A stretch of DNA of 32,000 bases from Vibrio alginolyticus NBRC 15630 = ATCC 17749 (GTDB lineage Bacteria; Pseudomonadota; Gammaproteobacteria; Enterobacterales; Vibrionaceae): positions 810,001-842,000 of the forward strand of contig NC_022349.1 of NCBI RefSeq assembly GCF_000354175.2, read 5' to 3'. Below, piece by piece: positions 16,610-26,032 of the stretch. Within the stretch, counting starts at the first letter, position 1; each line of letters begins with the position of its first letter. Made by a program: the position numbers and the translations under genes. A model generated the notes under the pieces. The model saw only the letters and a program-made list of their open reading frames with translations. It ran no database searches and was not told the origin of the DNA.

Positions 16610-18735
16610 TACATCCCCACCCTTCCAAGTGGCTGAATATTGATTTGCTGGGTTAGTTCTTGAAATGACAAAACGGGCAGATCGTAGTATTCCGATTCAA
16701 TAAGCTTTCGCACATATCGGCGTACATCCATAGACACAACTAGCACAGGTTTATTCGGCATGCGGCTTAAGTCACCAATGGTCTGTTTCACATCACTGAC
16801 AAATTGTTGCGTTACTGACGGGTCTAACGCCAAGTAACTCCCTGCTGAGGTTTGACGAATACCGCTGCGTATTGTGTCTTCGAGATTTTGATCCAATAAG
16901 TAAGCGGGCAACATGTTTTGTCCGCTTGCGTATTTGTAGCAAATGTAACGTTTTAAGCTGGAACGAATGTACTCCGTCAGCTGTACAACATCTTTCTCTT
17001 TTTGGCCCCACTCAACCATCGCTTCCAAGATCACGCGAAGGTTTCGGATAGAAATGTCTTCAGAAACCAAGCGTTGCAAGATTTCCGTCATTTTTTGCAA
17101 CGGAACAATACGCTGGGCCTCTTTGACTAGCTCCGAATAACTGCCTTCCATCTGCTCCAACAGATAACGCGTCTCCTGAATACCAATAAAGTCTTGTGCG
17201 TACTCCTTGAGAACATGAGACAAGTGGTACGTTAAAATCCTGTCGGGTGTGAGAAAACCGACATGACTGGCTACGAGTTTTTGCTCATAACTCTGTGCCA
17301 CCCAAATGCTAGAAATACCAGGTAGAAAATCTTCATCTTGCTCATAAGGCACGCCTAATAAATCGATCTGTTCATTCCCTTCTGTCACCAAGAGTTGATC
17401 TTTAACAATTCGTCCTCGTGCAACCGGGACTTCTTGTAACTGAATTAAGTACTCGCCATTTTGCATCCCCTCGTTAAAGCGCAGGTGGATGCCTGGGAAA
17501 GGCACGCCTAGGTCGAGATATAGTGCGCGTCTAACCCTTGCTAGCTCTTCATTTAATGCGACCGCTTCCAAGCTTTCCTGAAGGCTCGCGTCAAGATCAA
17601 TCAACAGCGGGACCGTCATGGCGAACTCTTCTTGCTCACCTAACTTACCTTTGCTGTTTCTAGAAGGCGTGGGTTTGCTTGGCTTCGCCGCTGGCGAACC
17701 GGCCCCTTGCGAAACAAAGCTTGATAAGTCGGTGCTATCTGATTCCGCTTGTTTTTTCTGTTGATAGAAAAGGAAGAAACCACCACCACCAACCACGGCG
17801 GCCAAGACCAGAAAAGTGATTTTTGGAAACCCAGGAATGAGTGCGAACAGCACCAAAAGCACACCACCAATAAGAAGCGCACGTGGCTGAGCAATGACCT
17901 GTCCACCAATGTCCGACCCAAGATCAGAAGAGTCTTCATGAGAAACACGCGTCACGATAATACCGGCGGTAATCGCGATAAAGAGTGCCGGGATCTGCGA
18001 CACCAAACCATCGCCAACGGTCAAAATCGCAAATAACTCAAGTGCTTCAGAAGCACTCATGCCTTTTTGCGTTACCCCGATCGTGACGCCACCTAAGATG
18101 TTGACCACAATGATGACCAGACCCGCAATGGAGTCGCCTTTAACGAACTTCATCGCGCCATCCATCGAGCCATACATTTGGCTTTCTTTTTCAATCAGTG
18201 ATCGTCGGTGCCTAGCTTCGTGTACGTCAATTACTCCAGCACGCATGTCACCGTCAATACTCATCTGCTTACCAGGCATCGCATCGAGTGAGAAGCGCGC
18301 ACTAACTTCTGCTACCCTTTCTGAGCCTTTGGTGATCACCATAAACTGAACAATGGTAATGATCAGGAACACAACAATACCGACCACTAAGTTACCGCCC
18401 ACAACGAAGTTACCGAATGTATAAACGATTTGACCAGCATCGCCTTGTAGCAAGATCAAGCGGGTTGTCGTGATAGATAAAGACAGACGAAACAATGTCG
18501 TGATCAATAGCACCGCAGGAAATGCAGAGAACTCAAGTGGCGTGGTGATGTAAATCGCTAACATAAGCAGCACCACCGCAATGCTCATGTTGGTGCCAAT
18601 CAGCACATCCACCAGTGCGGTAGGAAGTGGCAATATCATCATAAAGACGATCGCGAGTAACATCACCGCAAGCATGATGTCTTTGCGTTGCCCTACTTTG
18701 TTTAGAATATCGATCAACTTATTCATGTGATTCAC
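16609..18735 (-). CDS. vcrD: T3SS export-gate protein SctV (LcrD/YscV/PcrD; FlhA family)
   Basis: 708 aa. The N-terminus ...[22 protein letters not shown] is close to LcrD. It has 7-8 TM segments and a large cytoplasmic domain. Confidence 0.95.
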   Translation of the reverse strand: MNHMNKLIDILNKVGQRKDIMLAVMLLAIVFMMILPLPTALVDVLIGTNMSIAVVLLMLAIYITTPLEFSAFPAVLLITTLFRLSLSITTTRLILLQGDAGQIVYTFGNFVVGGNLVVGIVVFLIITIVQFMVITKGSERVAEVSARFSLDAMPGKQMSIDGDMRAGVIDVHEARHRRSLIEKESQMYGSMDGAMKFVKGDSIAGLVIIVVNILGGVTIGVTQKGMSASEALELFAILTVGDGLVSQIPALFIAITAGIIVTRVSHEDSSDLGSDIGGQVIAQPRALLIGGVLLVLFALIPGFPKITFLVLAAVVGGGGFFLFYQQKKQAESDSTDLSSFVSQGAGSPAAKPSKPTPSRNSKGKLGEQEEFAMTVPLLIDLDASLQESLEAVALNEELARVRRALYLDLGVPFPGIHLRFNEGMQNGEYLIQLQEVPVARGRIVKDQLLVTEGNEQIDLLGVPYEQDEDFLPGISSIWVAQSYEQKLVASHVGFLTPDRILTYHLSHVLKEYAQDFIGIQETRYLLEQMEGSYSELVKEAQRIVPLQKMTEILQRLVSEDISIRNLRVILEAMVEWGQKEKDVVQLTEYIRSSLKRYICYKYASGQNMLPAYLLDQNLEDTIRSGIRQTSAGSYLALDPSVTQQFVSDVKQTIGDLSRMPNKPVLVVSMDVRRYVRKLIESEYYDLPVLSFQELTQQINIQPLGRVGM

Positions 18736-19060
18736 TATTTAAAGATTGCAGATAGCGTCGGTGCGCTTGACGGGCGCCATCGACGTCATTTTGTTTCCAA
18801 CGCGCTTGGCTTAAACAAAACCAGAGTCCTGCCGAGTCAGGATGAAGGTCGGATTTTAATAAGTGCTCACACACCTCAATCGCCCGGGTATATCGACCAC
18901 TTTGTAAACACGCCACAGCAAGTGTTTGCATCGCCTCTTTGTGCTGCGGTTCTATTTCTAGAACCGCATCGAGAATAGAAATGGCATGCTCTGGCTTTTG
19001 GTATTGAACTTGTAGCGCAGCGTGAACAAGTAAGAGTTCAATGTCTTTGGATCTCAACAT
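18719..19060 (-). CDS. vscY: YscY/Pcr4-family TPR chaperone of SctX
   Basis: 113 aa (YscY is 114 aa), TPR-like, conserved position upstream of sctV with a 17-nt overlap. Confidence 0.8.
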   Translation of the reverse strand: MLRSKDIELLLVHAALQVQYQKPEHAISILDAVLEIEPQHKEAMQTLAVACLQSGRYTRAIEVCEHLLKSDLHPDSAGLWFCLSQARWKQNDVDGARQAHRRYLQSLNSESHE

Positions 19061-19065
19061 GTTGG

Positions 19066-19443
19066 TTAGACCTGAATAAGGAGATTGAGCGCCATAGTGA
19101 GGTAACGCTGATCTAGTTGCGTACTTTGTAGCGTTTCAGATGCTTTGATAAAAGAAGCGGAGCCTGAATCCTGTGCAAGAACTTGCAGCTGAGATAACGT
19201 TTCATCAAATTGTTGACGGTATTTTTCTGGACGCAACAACTCTGAGTGCAGCAGCTTGGGCTTAGTTAACGCGATGAGATATTGGTCTGAAGGCCTGAGA
19301 TCATAGAGCTTCTCTAAATGTGTAGCGACCGCCTGCCCATCAGGAAGCAGTTGAAATCGCTCTGGGAAATCGGCCTTAACTTCACTATGAGTAACATGCG
19401 TAAAGGCTTCGATGCCTACGTTTAAAGTGCTGACTCGAGTCAT
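19066..19443 (-). CDS. vscX: YscX/Pcr3-family secreted T3SS component (SctX)
   Basis: 125 aa. FPERFQLLPDGQAVATHLEKLY resembles YscX LPERYALPPDGHPVEPHLERLY, and the C-terminus LNLLIQV resembles LNLLHKV. Confidence 0.85.
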   Translation of the reverse strand: MTRVSTLNVGIEAFTHVTHSEVKADFPERFQLLPDGQAVATHLEKLYDLRPSDQYLIALTKPKLLHSELLRPEKYRQQFDETLSQLQVLAQDSGSASFIKASETLQSTQLDQRYLTMALNLLIQV

Positions 19444-19814
19444 GAGCCTGCCACATCGTTATGTAGACGAGCCAAAAGCGTAAACGCTTGCTCTAAGGTC
19501 GGAAGTGTTACTTCTTCTCCTTTTAGCCTTGCTGAAAAAACCAGAGTTTGCTCATCTAACAAGCCGGTTTTAATTTCGAAAGGCCAGCCTTGATCGGCAT
19601 GACACAAACACAGTGCACTTTGAATCATGTCACTGGTTTGATGCCAAGATAACGCTCGAGACAACATCAAGAATAACTGCTCACCCTGTCGCTCAATATG
19701 CAGCGTACCACTTTGCTCAAAATCCAGCTGCACCCGTCCAGCTGATGAGAAATCGACGGCATCGAGCCCCATTCCTCGGCAAAATTCATCGACGGATGCA
19801 TCAATCCAACTCAT
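19440..19814 (-). CDS. sycN: SycN/Pcr2-family chaperone of the gatekeeper
   Basis: 124 aa. The N-terminus MSWIDASVDEFCRGMGL resembles SycN MSWIEPIISHFCQDLGV. ATGA overlap with vscX. Confidence 0.85.
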   Translation of the reverse strand: MSWIDASVDEFCRGMGLDAVDFSSAGRVQLDFEQSGTLHIERQGEQLFLMLSRALSWHQTSDMIQSALCLCHADQGWPFEIKTGLLDEQTLVFSARLKGEEVTLPTLEQAFTLLARLHNDVAGS

Positions 19815-20085
19815 CTTCCCACGCTTCCTCTTCTTCTATATCAATGGCTTCGTCTAGCGCCTTTTGTACCGCTTGGATTAAATTCTGTCGTTGTTCTTCA
19901 TCGGCGAATACGTCAATTGGGATTGCGCGAACTAACTTATGGAACTCTCGAAAAAAATCGATTGTTTGTTCTACAGCCTTCAATTCCATTGCGTTGGCGA
20001 CTTTCCATATCTCATCACTGCTTACCCATCGCTGCTCTACCAACGCAATCACATCAGCCATCAAATTAGAAACTTGATAAGCCAT
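19801..20085 (-). CDS. tyeA: TyeA/Pcr1-family gatekeeper partner
   Basis: 94 aa. MAYQVSNLMADVIALVEQRW and DVFADEEQRQNLIQAVQKALDEAI closely resemble Yersinia TyeA. Confidence 0.9.
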   Translation of the reverse strand: MAYQVSNLMADVIALVEQRWVSSDEIWKVANAMELKAVEQTIDFFREFHKLVRAIPIDVFADEEQRQNLIQAVQKALDEAIDIEEEEAWEDELD

Positions 20086-20959
20086 AATTCGTCCTTTCCG
20101 GTTTAAACATTTGGAACAGCTGACTCACACGATCTTGCAACGTATTTAGAGTTTTGAGTTTTTGCATATCGGACATCAACCACTGCAACTTAACCGAATC
20201 GATACTGCTACCTTGAACACTAAGATCTGCACTCATGCCTTGCAGCATAAAGTCAACAGCGGTCGATACCTCCTGCTCACCAAAGCGCGCCACAACATCT
20301 TGATAAGCCGCGCCGAGCCCTTGATAACTATGAACGGTATCGCGGTAGAAGCCGCGCAACTGATGCAAAGAGCTAAACTCTTGCTCTTGGCTGTATTCAT
20401 CAGCAAAATTTGAGACACGGATTTCCGTATCAATTTGAGACCATGTATCTGGGTTTTGCTCGATTCTTAGAAGTGCTTGGTCAATCAGCGCTAGTAGGTG
20501 TTTACTTTCTGGACTCGCACTCAAAAACTTTTTCACGGCTTTTAACGCAAGGTATTGATGGCTTTTCTCCTCTGAAAATCCATTCAAATAAGCTTGCAAT
20601 TGAGCGATGGTCGAGATATTCCCTCCCGCCATTTTTGTAGCCAAATCTTTGATCTTTTGGTTCTTTTCAAGATCAGGGACTTTTCGCAGATAGTCAGAAA
20701 CGAGTTCGTGCGCTTCATTAACTCGAACGCCACTGTCTTTCACTTTGCGCTTGGTCAGATCTTTCTCTGCTTTTTCGGAACCGAGTGAAGTGAGTTCTTC
20801 CATCGCATCAAAAAGTGATTGTGTGGCATTGTGAACACGGACGGTTTCACCGCGATAATTGCCTTTTTGTGAAACGTCGGGGCGAGACGATTCCAACCCG
20901 TTTTGGATAGACGCATCAAACTTTGGATTTGTTGCGATATGATTGTTGATAATACTCAT
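20066..20959 (-). CDS. vopN: T3SS gatekeeper SctW (YopN/PopN family)
   Basis: 297 aa (YopN is 293 aa). It is the first gene of the operon and is followed by tyeA, sycN, sctX, sctY and sctV. GGAAGGAG RBS. Confidence 0.88.
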   Translation of the reverse strand: MSIINNHIATNPKFDASIQNGLESSRPDVSQKGNYRGETVRVHNATQSLFDAMEELTSLGSEKAEKDLTKRKVKDSGVRVNEAHELVSDYLRKVPDLEKNQKIKDLATKMAGGNISTIAQLQAYLNGFSEEKSHQYLALKAVKKFLSASPESKHLLALIDQALLRIEQNPDTWSQIDTEIRVSNFADEYSQEQEFSSLHQLRGFYRDTVHSYQGLGAAYQDVVARFGEQEVSTAVDFMLQGMSADLSVQGSSIDSVKLQWLMSDMQKLKTLNTLQDRVSQLFQMFKPERTNYGLSSF

Positions 20960-20991
20960 TCACTTGCACTCCTTCCGCACAATACAGGCGA

Positions 20992-21042
20992 ATTATAGGA
21001 AGTGCGCTTTGTTGAAGCTGTCAAAATCAGACGTGTTTTTTT
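20992..21042 (-). promoter_or_regulatory. ExsA-box promoter of the vopN operon
   Basis: The minus strand reads AAAAAAACACGTCTGATTTTGACAG (21042 to 21018; 2 mismatches to the remembered consensus). TTGACA is then followed by a 21-nt spacer and TATAAT (20997-20992). This is the atypical 21-22 nt spacing reported for ExsA promoters. Confidence 0.7.
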
Positions 21043-21061
21043 AGTGCGCTTTCAGTTTTCT

Positions 21062-21113
21062 AAAAACTCCCGACTGATATTCACTATAAATTGATTCTTA
21101 TACTTTCTATCCT
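21062..21113 (+). promoter_or_regulatory. ExsA-box promoter of the vscN-U operon (divergent from PvopN)
   Basis: AAAAACTCCCGACTGATATTCACTA (21062-21086). The A-rich and GnC half is perfect, but the TGnnA half is degenerate (TTCACT). A 22-nt spacer leads to TATCCT (21108-21113). Confidence 0.5.
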
Positions 21114-21144
21114 CTCAGCATCAATCATTGCGCATATTTTTACC

Positions 21145-22467
21145 TTGAACGATTTCTCATACATCACTGATATCCAACAATCTGCGATTAAACACACGCG
21201 TTTGATCCAAATTCGCGGGCGCGTTACACAAGTCACCGGCACCATTATCAAAGCTGTCGTCCCTGGCGTTCGTGTAGGTGAACTGTGTGAGTTGCGTAAT
21301 CCCGATCAAACTCTGTCTTTGTTAGCGGAAGTGGTTGGCTTCCAGCAGCATCACGCTTTGCTCACCCCGTTAGGAAATATGTTTGGGATTTCCTCAAATA
21401 CAGAAGTAAGCCCAATGGGCAAAATGCACGAAGTGGGTGTTGGCGACCACCTGTTAGGTACAACGCTTGACGGGCTTGGACGTCCTTTCGATGGTACGCA
21501 AAGTCAGGAACCAAGTGCTTGGTATCCTGTTTATCGCGATGCGCCACCACCAATGCAACGTAAACTAATTGAAAAGCCAATCTCTCTTGGCGTTCGATCC
21601 ATTGATGGGCTACTGACCTGTGGTGAAGGTCAGCGCATGGGTATTTTTGCAGCGGCTGGCGGGGGTAAAAGTACCCTACTGGCAAAACTGATTCGCTCCG
21701 CAGAAGTTGACGTGACCGTTCTCGCCTTAATTGGTGAACGCGGACGCGAAGTGCGCGAGTTTATTGAGCATGACCTAGGCGAAGAAGGAATGGCCAAATC
21801 GGTTTTAGTGGTCGCTACCTCTGATCGCCCAGCAATGGAGCGTGCCAAAGCCGCTTTTGTTGCCACTTCTATCGCAGAATATTTTCGTGATCAAGGTAAA
21901 CGCGTGCTACTGCTGATGGATTCTGTAACGCGTTTCGCCCGCGCACAGAGGGAGATTGGACTAGCCGCAGGCGAGCCACCAACACGACGTGGCTATCCGC
22001 CTTCTGTTTTTGCCGCTTTGCCAAAGCTGATGGAACGAGCTGGACAATCAGACAAAGGATCAATTACAGCACTGTACACCGTGTTGGTGGAAGGTGACGA
22101 CATGACGGAGCCTGTCGCGGATGAAACTCGCTCAATTCTAGACGGGCACATCATTCTCTCGCGCAAACTTGCGGCAATGAACCATTACCCCGCCATTGAT
22201 GTACTTCGGTCAGCAAGCCGAGTGATGAATCAAATCGTTGAACCCGATCATCAGGCGTCTGCTGCTCATATTCGCGAAATGTTAGCTAAGTATGAAGAAG
22301 TTGAGCTGCTAATCAAAATTGGCGAATACCAACATGGCGCAGATAGTCGAGCGGATTTGGCCATTGCACAAAGTGATGATATACGCGCCTTTTTACGCCA
22401 AGGCACTCATGAACCAAGCGATCTTGATGGCGCTATCGCTCAACTTAAAGGGATGGCGAAACAATGA
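21145..22467 (+). CDS. vscN: T3SS ATPase SctN (YscN/PscN)
   Basis: Walker [13 protein letters not shown], and [30 protein letters not shown] is near-identical to YscN. No ATG is available. TTG 21145 gives 440 aa (YscN is 439). The ORF-track TTG at 21091 lies inside the predicted promoter, so the start is uncertain. Confidence 0.9.
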   Translation: MNDFSYITDIQQSAIKHTRLIQIRGRVTQVTGTIIKAVVPGVRVGELCELRNPDQTLSLLAEVVGFQQHHALLTPLGNMFGISSNTEVSPMGKMHEVGVGDHLLGTTLDGLGRPFDGTQSQEPSAWYPVYRDAPPPMQRKLIEKPISLGVRSIDGLLTCGEGQRMGIFAAAGGGKSTLLAKLIRSAEVDVTVLALIGERGREVREFIEHDLGEEGMAKSVLVVATSDRPAMERAKAAFVATSIAEYFRDQGKRVLLLMDSVTRFARAQREIGLAAGEPPTRRGYPPSVFAALPKLMERAGQSDKGSITALYTVLVEGDDMTEPVADETRSILDGHIILSRKLAAMNHYPAIDVLRSASRVMNQIVEPDHQASAAHIREMLAKYEEVELLIKIGEYQHGADSRADLAIAQSDDIRAFLRQGTHEPSDLDGAIAQLKGMAKQ

Positions 22468-22925
22468 TAGAACGTTTATTAGAAATCAAAAAAATTCGCG
22501 CTAACCGTGCGGATAAAGCCGTCAAGCGTCAAGAATACCGAGTGTCAAACGCCGCAGCACAGGTTCAAAAGGCCGAACGTTCTGTCGCGGACTATCACGT
22601 TTGGCGCCAGGAAGAAGAAGAGCGACGTTTTGCTAAAGCAAAACAACAAACGCTCGTTCTCAAAGAGCTGGAAACATTAAGACAAGAAATCGCGTTGTTA
22701 AGAGAGAGAGAAGCCGAACTTAAACAACGTGTGGCCGAGTCAAAAAAAGCGCTTGAAATCGAACGCTCGGCACTTAAAGAAAAGCAAAAAGAGGCGCGAC
22801 AAGCCCATAAAACCAAAGAAAAATTCGTTCAGTTGCAGCAACAAGAAGTCGCGGAAAAATCGCGAGAAAGGCAATACCAAGAAGAACTCGAACAGGAAGA
22901 GTTTCGCACTGTCGACATTATCTAA
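22464..22925 (+). CDS. vscO: T3SS stalk protein SctO (YscO)
   Basis: 153 aa coiled coil. [23 protein letters not shown] resembles YscO MIRRLHRVKVLRVERAEKAIKTQ. ATGA coupling to vscN. Confidence 0.88.
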   Translation: MIERLLEIKKIRANRADKAVKRQEYRVSNAAAQVQKAERSVADYHVWRQEEEERRFAKAKQQTLVLKELETLRQEIALLREREAELKQRVAESKKALEIERSALKEKQKEARQAHKTKEKFVQLQQQEVAEKSRERQYQEELEQEEFRTVDII

Positions 22926-22934
22926 AGGTTCACT

Positions 22935-24140
22935 ATGCGCATTACCCCAACAACTGAAGCATCGAATACGCTGCACAAATCAACGCCAGAACAAGCGCCT
23001 CTCGAGAAGGAGGCCGAGCTTCAATCACAATTCGAGCATGCAATGACGAAGAAGCCTAGCAAGGGAAAGGAGTCTATCGTTGGGAATCCCCAAAAAAATC
23101 ATACTGGCGAAAAAGACATACCGCTAAGGCATAAGACATCTCAAGGTCTAGATAAGAAACATAACCTATCGAACCAAGAAGCCAACGCTGACAAAAACAT
23201 CTCCACCTTAAACGGTCAAAGTGACGTCGTCACTAAGAGAGACGTAGAGAAATCGCAAGACGACGCAGCAAATAGCGAAGAAATAATTAGCGAAAACAAT
23301 AAACTGCTTAAAAATGACGGAAAAAGCGATGGCGACACAGTTCTAAGCTCCCCTTCTACCGAGCTTGTTGATCCTCACTTTCAAGCTCATTTGAAAGATG
23401 ACAAACCGACGCCGATGGATAAACGTATCTCACCGGATTGTCTCTCTACGCTTGAATCTGGCTTGCTCCCCCAAAGTGCGACAGCGACAGAGCTCGCTCA
23501 AGATGGGATTAACATTTTTGGCCTAACGAAAAAGCAAACTGAAAAAACGCACAATAAGCGTGCAACTCCGCCGCTACAGAATACAGGCAAACGATCAGAC
23601 CAAACTGATGGCCTGCCTGAAACCAAGCCTCTTGAAAAAATCGAGACGAAAAGCGCACTATTCGCCGTTAAAACGGATGAAGAAAAAGTGCCTTCTCAGC
23701 CCTTTGCAAGTGCGGTAACACAAGGCGATGTCATCCTAAAAAGTGTTGCTTCGCAGGCTCAACCAAGCCCAACGCGAGACGTAAACCAATTACTCCAGCA
23801 ATTGGTGGACAAAATCTATGTTGCTCTGCCAACCGCATCGGACAACAAAGAGGTTCGGCTGTTTCTAAGTGAAGGGCAATTAAAAGGTGGTGAAATCCAC
23901 ATCAAGTTGGACGCTCAAGGGTATAGCGTGACGATTCGACAAGAGCATGCCCTTTCCATTATTAGCCAGCAAGCTAGACAAGATCTTGCTGAACGGCTAA
24001 ACCGATTCGGCGGTGAGCAGCCACTTCGCTTAGCGATCAGCGAACAAACTCAACAGCTCGATCAACAACAACATGAACAACAACACTCACGCCAACAACG
24101 CAGCGTGTATGAAGAATGGCAAGCGGAGAATGACCTATGA
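22935..24140 (+). CDS. vscP: T3SS needle-length ruler / substrate-specificity switch SctP (YscP)
   Basis: 401 aa, hydrophilic and low-complexity, with a C-terminal T3S4-like region (VRLFLSEGQLKGGEIHIKLDAQGYSVTIRQ) and a Q-rich tail. Positioned between sctO and sctQ. Confidence 0.8.
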   Translation: MRITPTTEASNTLHKSTPEQAPLEKEAELQSQFEHAMTKKPSKGKESIVGNPQKNHTGEKDIPLRHKTSQGLDKKHNLSNQEANADKNISTLNGQSDVVTKRDVEKSQDDAANSEEIISENNKLLKNDGKSDGDTVLSSPSTELVDPHFQAHLKDDKPTPMDKRISPDCLSTLESGLLPQSATATELAQDGINIFGLTKKQTEKTHNKRATPPLQNTGKRSDQTDGLPETKPLEKIETKSALFAVKTDEEKVPSQPFASAVTQGDVILKSVASQAQPSPTRDVNQLLQQLVDKIYVALPTASDNKEVRLFLSEGQLKGGEIHIKLDAQGYSVTIRQEHALSIISQQARQDLAERLNRFGGEQPLRLAISEQTQQLDQQQHEQQHSRQQRSVYEEWQAENDL

Positions 24141-25105
24141 CGCCGTTAATAATCCCCAAAGTGGATGCAGAAAGTATCGCGCTCAGCAATCAACTTTGTG
24201 CAAAACAGTGCCACTTCCAAGGGACTGATGGTCAGAGCGTATCGATTACTGTTGCTCAAATCCCTTCATTTGAAGGGTTCCGTTTAACCACGTTGATTGG
24301 AGGGCAAACCCTACAAGTAGACTTTTCTCGTGCGCAGCTCCAACATTGGCTGAAATCGACCTTAAATGCTACTGCGTTTGAGTCCCTGCCTAACTCCCTC
24401 CAGTTAGCACTTTTGAGCTCACAGATAGAACCGCATAGTGAGGCAATCAAAGCGCTATTTGGTCAGTTACCCATTCTTAGTCAACTACAGCCGTTAGAGG
24501 CGAGCCAGGCCCAAGAGCATACTTTAATGTTAACCCTCAATAAGCCTAACGGCTCTCTTTGTTTGTGGGTTAGCGAAGGATCAGACGTGTTGTTGGATGC
24601 GCTACCAAACAGCGCTGCTCTACAAGCTCGACACCTCGCTTTACCTGTGTGGTTAAGTCTTGGAAGGACCCATTTGACGTTAAGCGAATTTAATTCGCTC
24701 GAGCTGGGAGATGTCATCTTTTTTGACGATGGTTACATCGCCAAGCAACAAACCATTTTTCAAGTATCTAACCAGAATCTCTGGCGCTGCCAACTGGATG
24801 ACCAAACTCTTCACATTATGGAAAAAGAAACCAATATGAATGACGTAAACACTTCAGAAATGTTAACCGACCACCAGCAACTACCTGTGGAACTCACGTT
24901 TGATATCGGCCATCAAACCATCACGCTAGAGCAGCTTAACCAGCTCCAGCCAGGGTACGTATTCGAGCTAAACCAGCCAGTATCTAAGCCGGTAACATTG
25001 CGTGCCAACGGCAAAATCATTGGTGAGTGTGAACTGGTTAATGTTAACGAACATTTAGGTGTGCGCGTACTGGAGCTGTTCGGTGGCACGCAGGAGCCAG
25101 CATGA
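24137..25105 (+). CDS. vscQ: T3SS cytoplasmic sorting-platform protein SctQ (YscQ; FliN/SpoA C-domain)
   Basis: 322 aa with a C-terminal SpoA domain (LPVELTFDIGHQTITLEQLNQLQPGYVFEL...LGVRVLEL). ATGA coupling on both sides. Confidence 0.9.
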   Translation: MTPLIIPKVDAESIALSNQLCAKQCHFQGTDGQSVSITVAQIPSFEGFRLTTLIGGQTLQVDFSRAQLQHWLKSTLNATAFESLPNSLQLALLSSQIEPHSEAIKALFGQLPILSQLQPLEASQAQEHTLMLTLNKPNGSLCLWVSEGSDVLLDALPNSAALQARHLALPVWLSLGRTHLTLSEFNSLELGDVIFFDDGYIAKQQTIFQVSNQNLWRCQLDDQTLHIMEKETNMNDVNTSEMLTDHQQLPVELTFDIGHQTITLEQLNQLQPGYVFELNQPVSKPVTLRANGKIIGECELVNVNEHLGVRVLELFGGTQEPA

Positions 25106-25752
25106 TCCAGTTACCCGACGAGCTCAACCTCATTGTCAGCTTAGCACTGCTGGCACTGATCCCATTTATCGCCATGATGGCGACGTCGTTTGTGAAACTC
25201 GCCGTTGTATTCTCACTGCTGCGTAACGCTCTCGGTGTACAGCAAATTCCGCCGAATATGGCGCTTTACGGATTGGCCATCATTCTGTCAATTTTCATCA
25301 TGGCTCCCGTCGGGTTTGAAACCTACGACTACGTAAAGCAACATGATATCTCCCTTGAAGATTCTGCAAGTGTAGAAGGCCTCATTGAAAGCGGTTTACA
25401 GCCTTATCGAGAATTTTTGAAAAAGCATATTCGGGAAACCGAAGCCATATTCTTCACTGATGCTGCACGCACATTGTGGCCACAGAAGTACGTAGACCGT
25501 TTAGAGTCGGACAGTTTATTGCTCTTACTGCCCGCATTTACCGTCAGCGAGCTTACTCGCGCTTTTGAAATTGGCTTTCTGTTGTACTTACCGTTCATCG
25601 CTATTGACCTAATTGTGTCGAATATCCTACTAGCGATGGGGATGATGATGGTATCGCCAATGACGATTTCCCTCCCCTTCAAATTGCTGCTTTTTGTCTT
25701 GCTTGACGGCTGGACAAAGCTTACCCACGGCTTAGTGTTGAGTTACGGTTAA
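25102..25752 (+). CDS. vscR: T3SS export-apparatus protein SctR (YscR/FliP family)
   Basis: 216 aa (YscR is 217 aa) with conserved FVKLAVVFSLLRNALGVQQIPPN. Confidence 0.95.
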   Translation: MIQLPDELNLIVSLALLALIPFIAMMATSFVKLAVVFSLLRNALGVQQIPPNMALYGLAIILSIFIMAPVGFETYDYVKQHDISLEDSASVEGLIESGLQPYREFLKKHIRETEAIFFTDAARTLWPQKYVDRLESDSLLLLLPAFTVSELTRAFEIGFLLYLPFIAIDLIVSNILLAMGMMMVSPMTISLPFKLLLFVLLDGWTKLTHGLVLSYG

Positions 25753-25765
25753 TCACGGAGAAAGT

Positions 25766-26032
25766 ATGCATTCTGCTGAAATCATTCATTTCACGACTCA
25801 AGCATTAACCCTAGTGTTGTACTTGTCATTACCGCCGATTTTAGTCGCAGCATTGGTTGGTACATTGGTGTCGCTTATTCAGGCGTTAACTCAGGTCCAA
25901 GAACAAACGTTAGGCTTTGTGGTCAAGCTTATCGCGGTCATTATTACGCTGTTCGTCACAACGCAATGGCTAGGGGCAGAGCTCCACGCCTTCGCCTCGC
26001 TTGCTATGGATAAAATTCCTCAAATACGATGA
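25766..26032 (+). CDS. vscS: T3SS export-apparatus protein SctS (YscS/FliQ family)
   Basis: 88 aa, two TM helices, conserved LIQALTQVQEQTL motif. Confidence 0.95.
   Translation: MHSAEIIHFTTQALTLVLYLSLPPILVAALVGTLVSLIQALTQVQEQTLGFVVKLIAVIITLFVTTQWLGAELHAFASLAMDKIPQIR

Noticed and set aside
21091-21144. ORF-track N-terminal extension of VscN ([18 protein letters not shown])
   Set aside because: The TTG start lies between the predicted ExsA box and the -10 element. The extension is hydrophobic, unlike any SctN N-terminus, and would make the protein 18 aa longer than YscN.
22729-23046. Lys/Arg-rich 105-aa plus-strand ORF and 78-aa minus-strand ORF (22740-22976) overlapping the vscO/vscP junction
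   Set aside because: These are off-frame readings of the AAA/GAA-rich coiled-coil coding sequence of vscO. Low-complexity artefacts.
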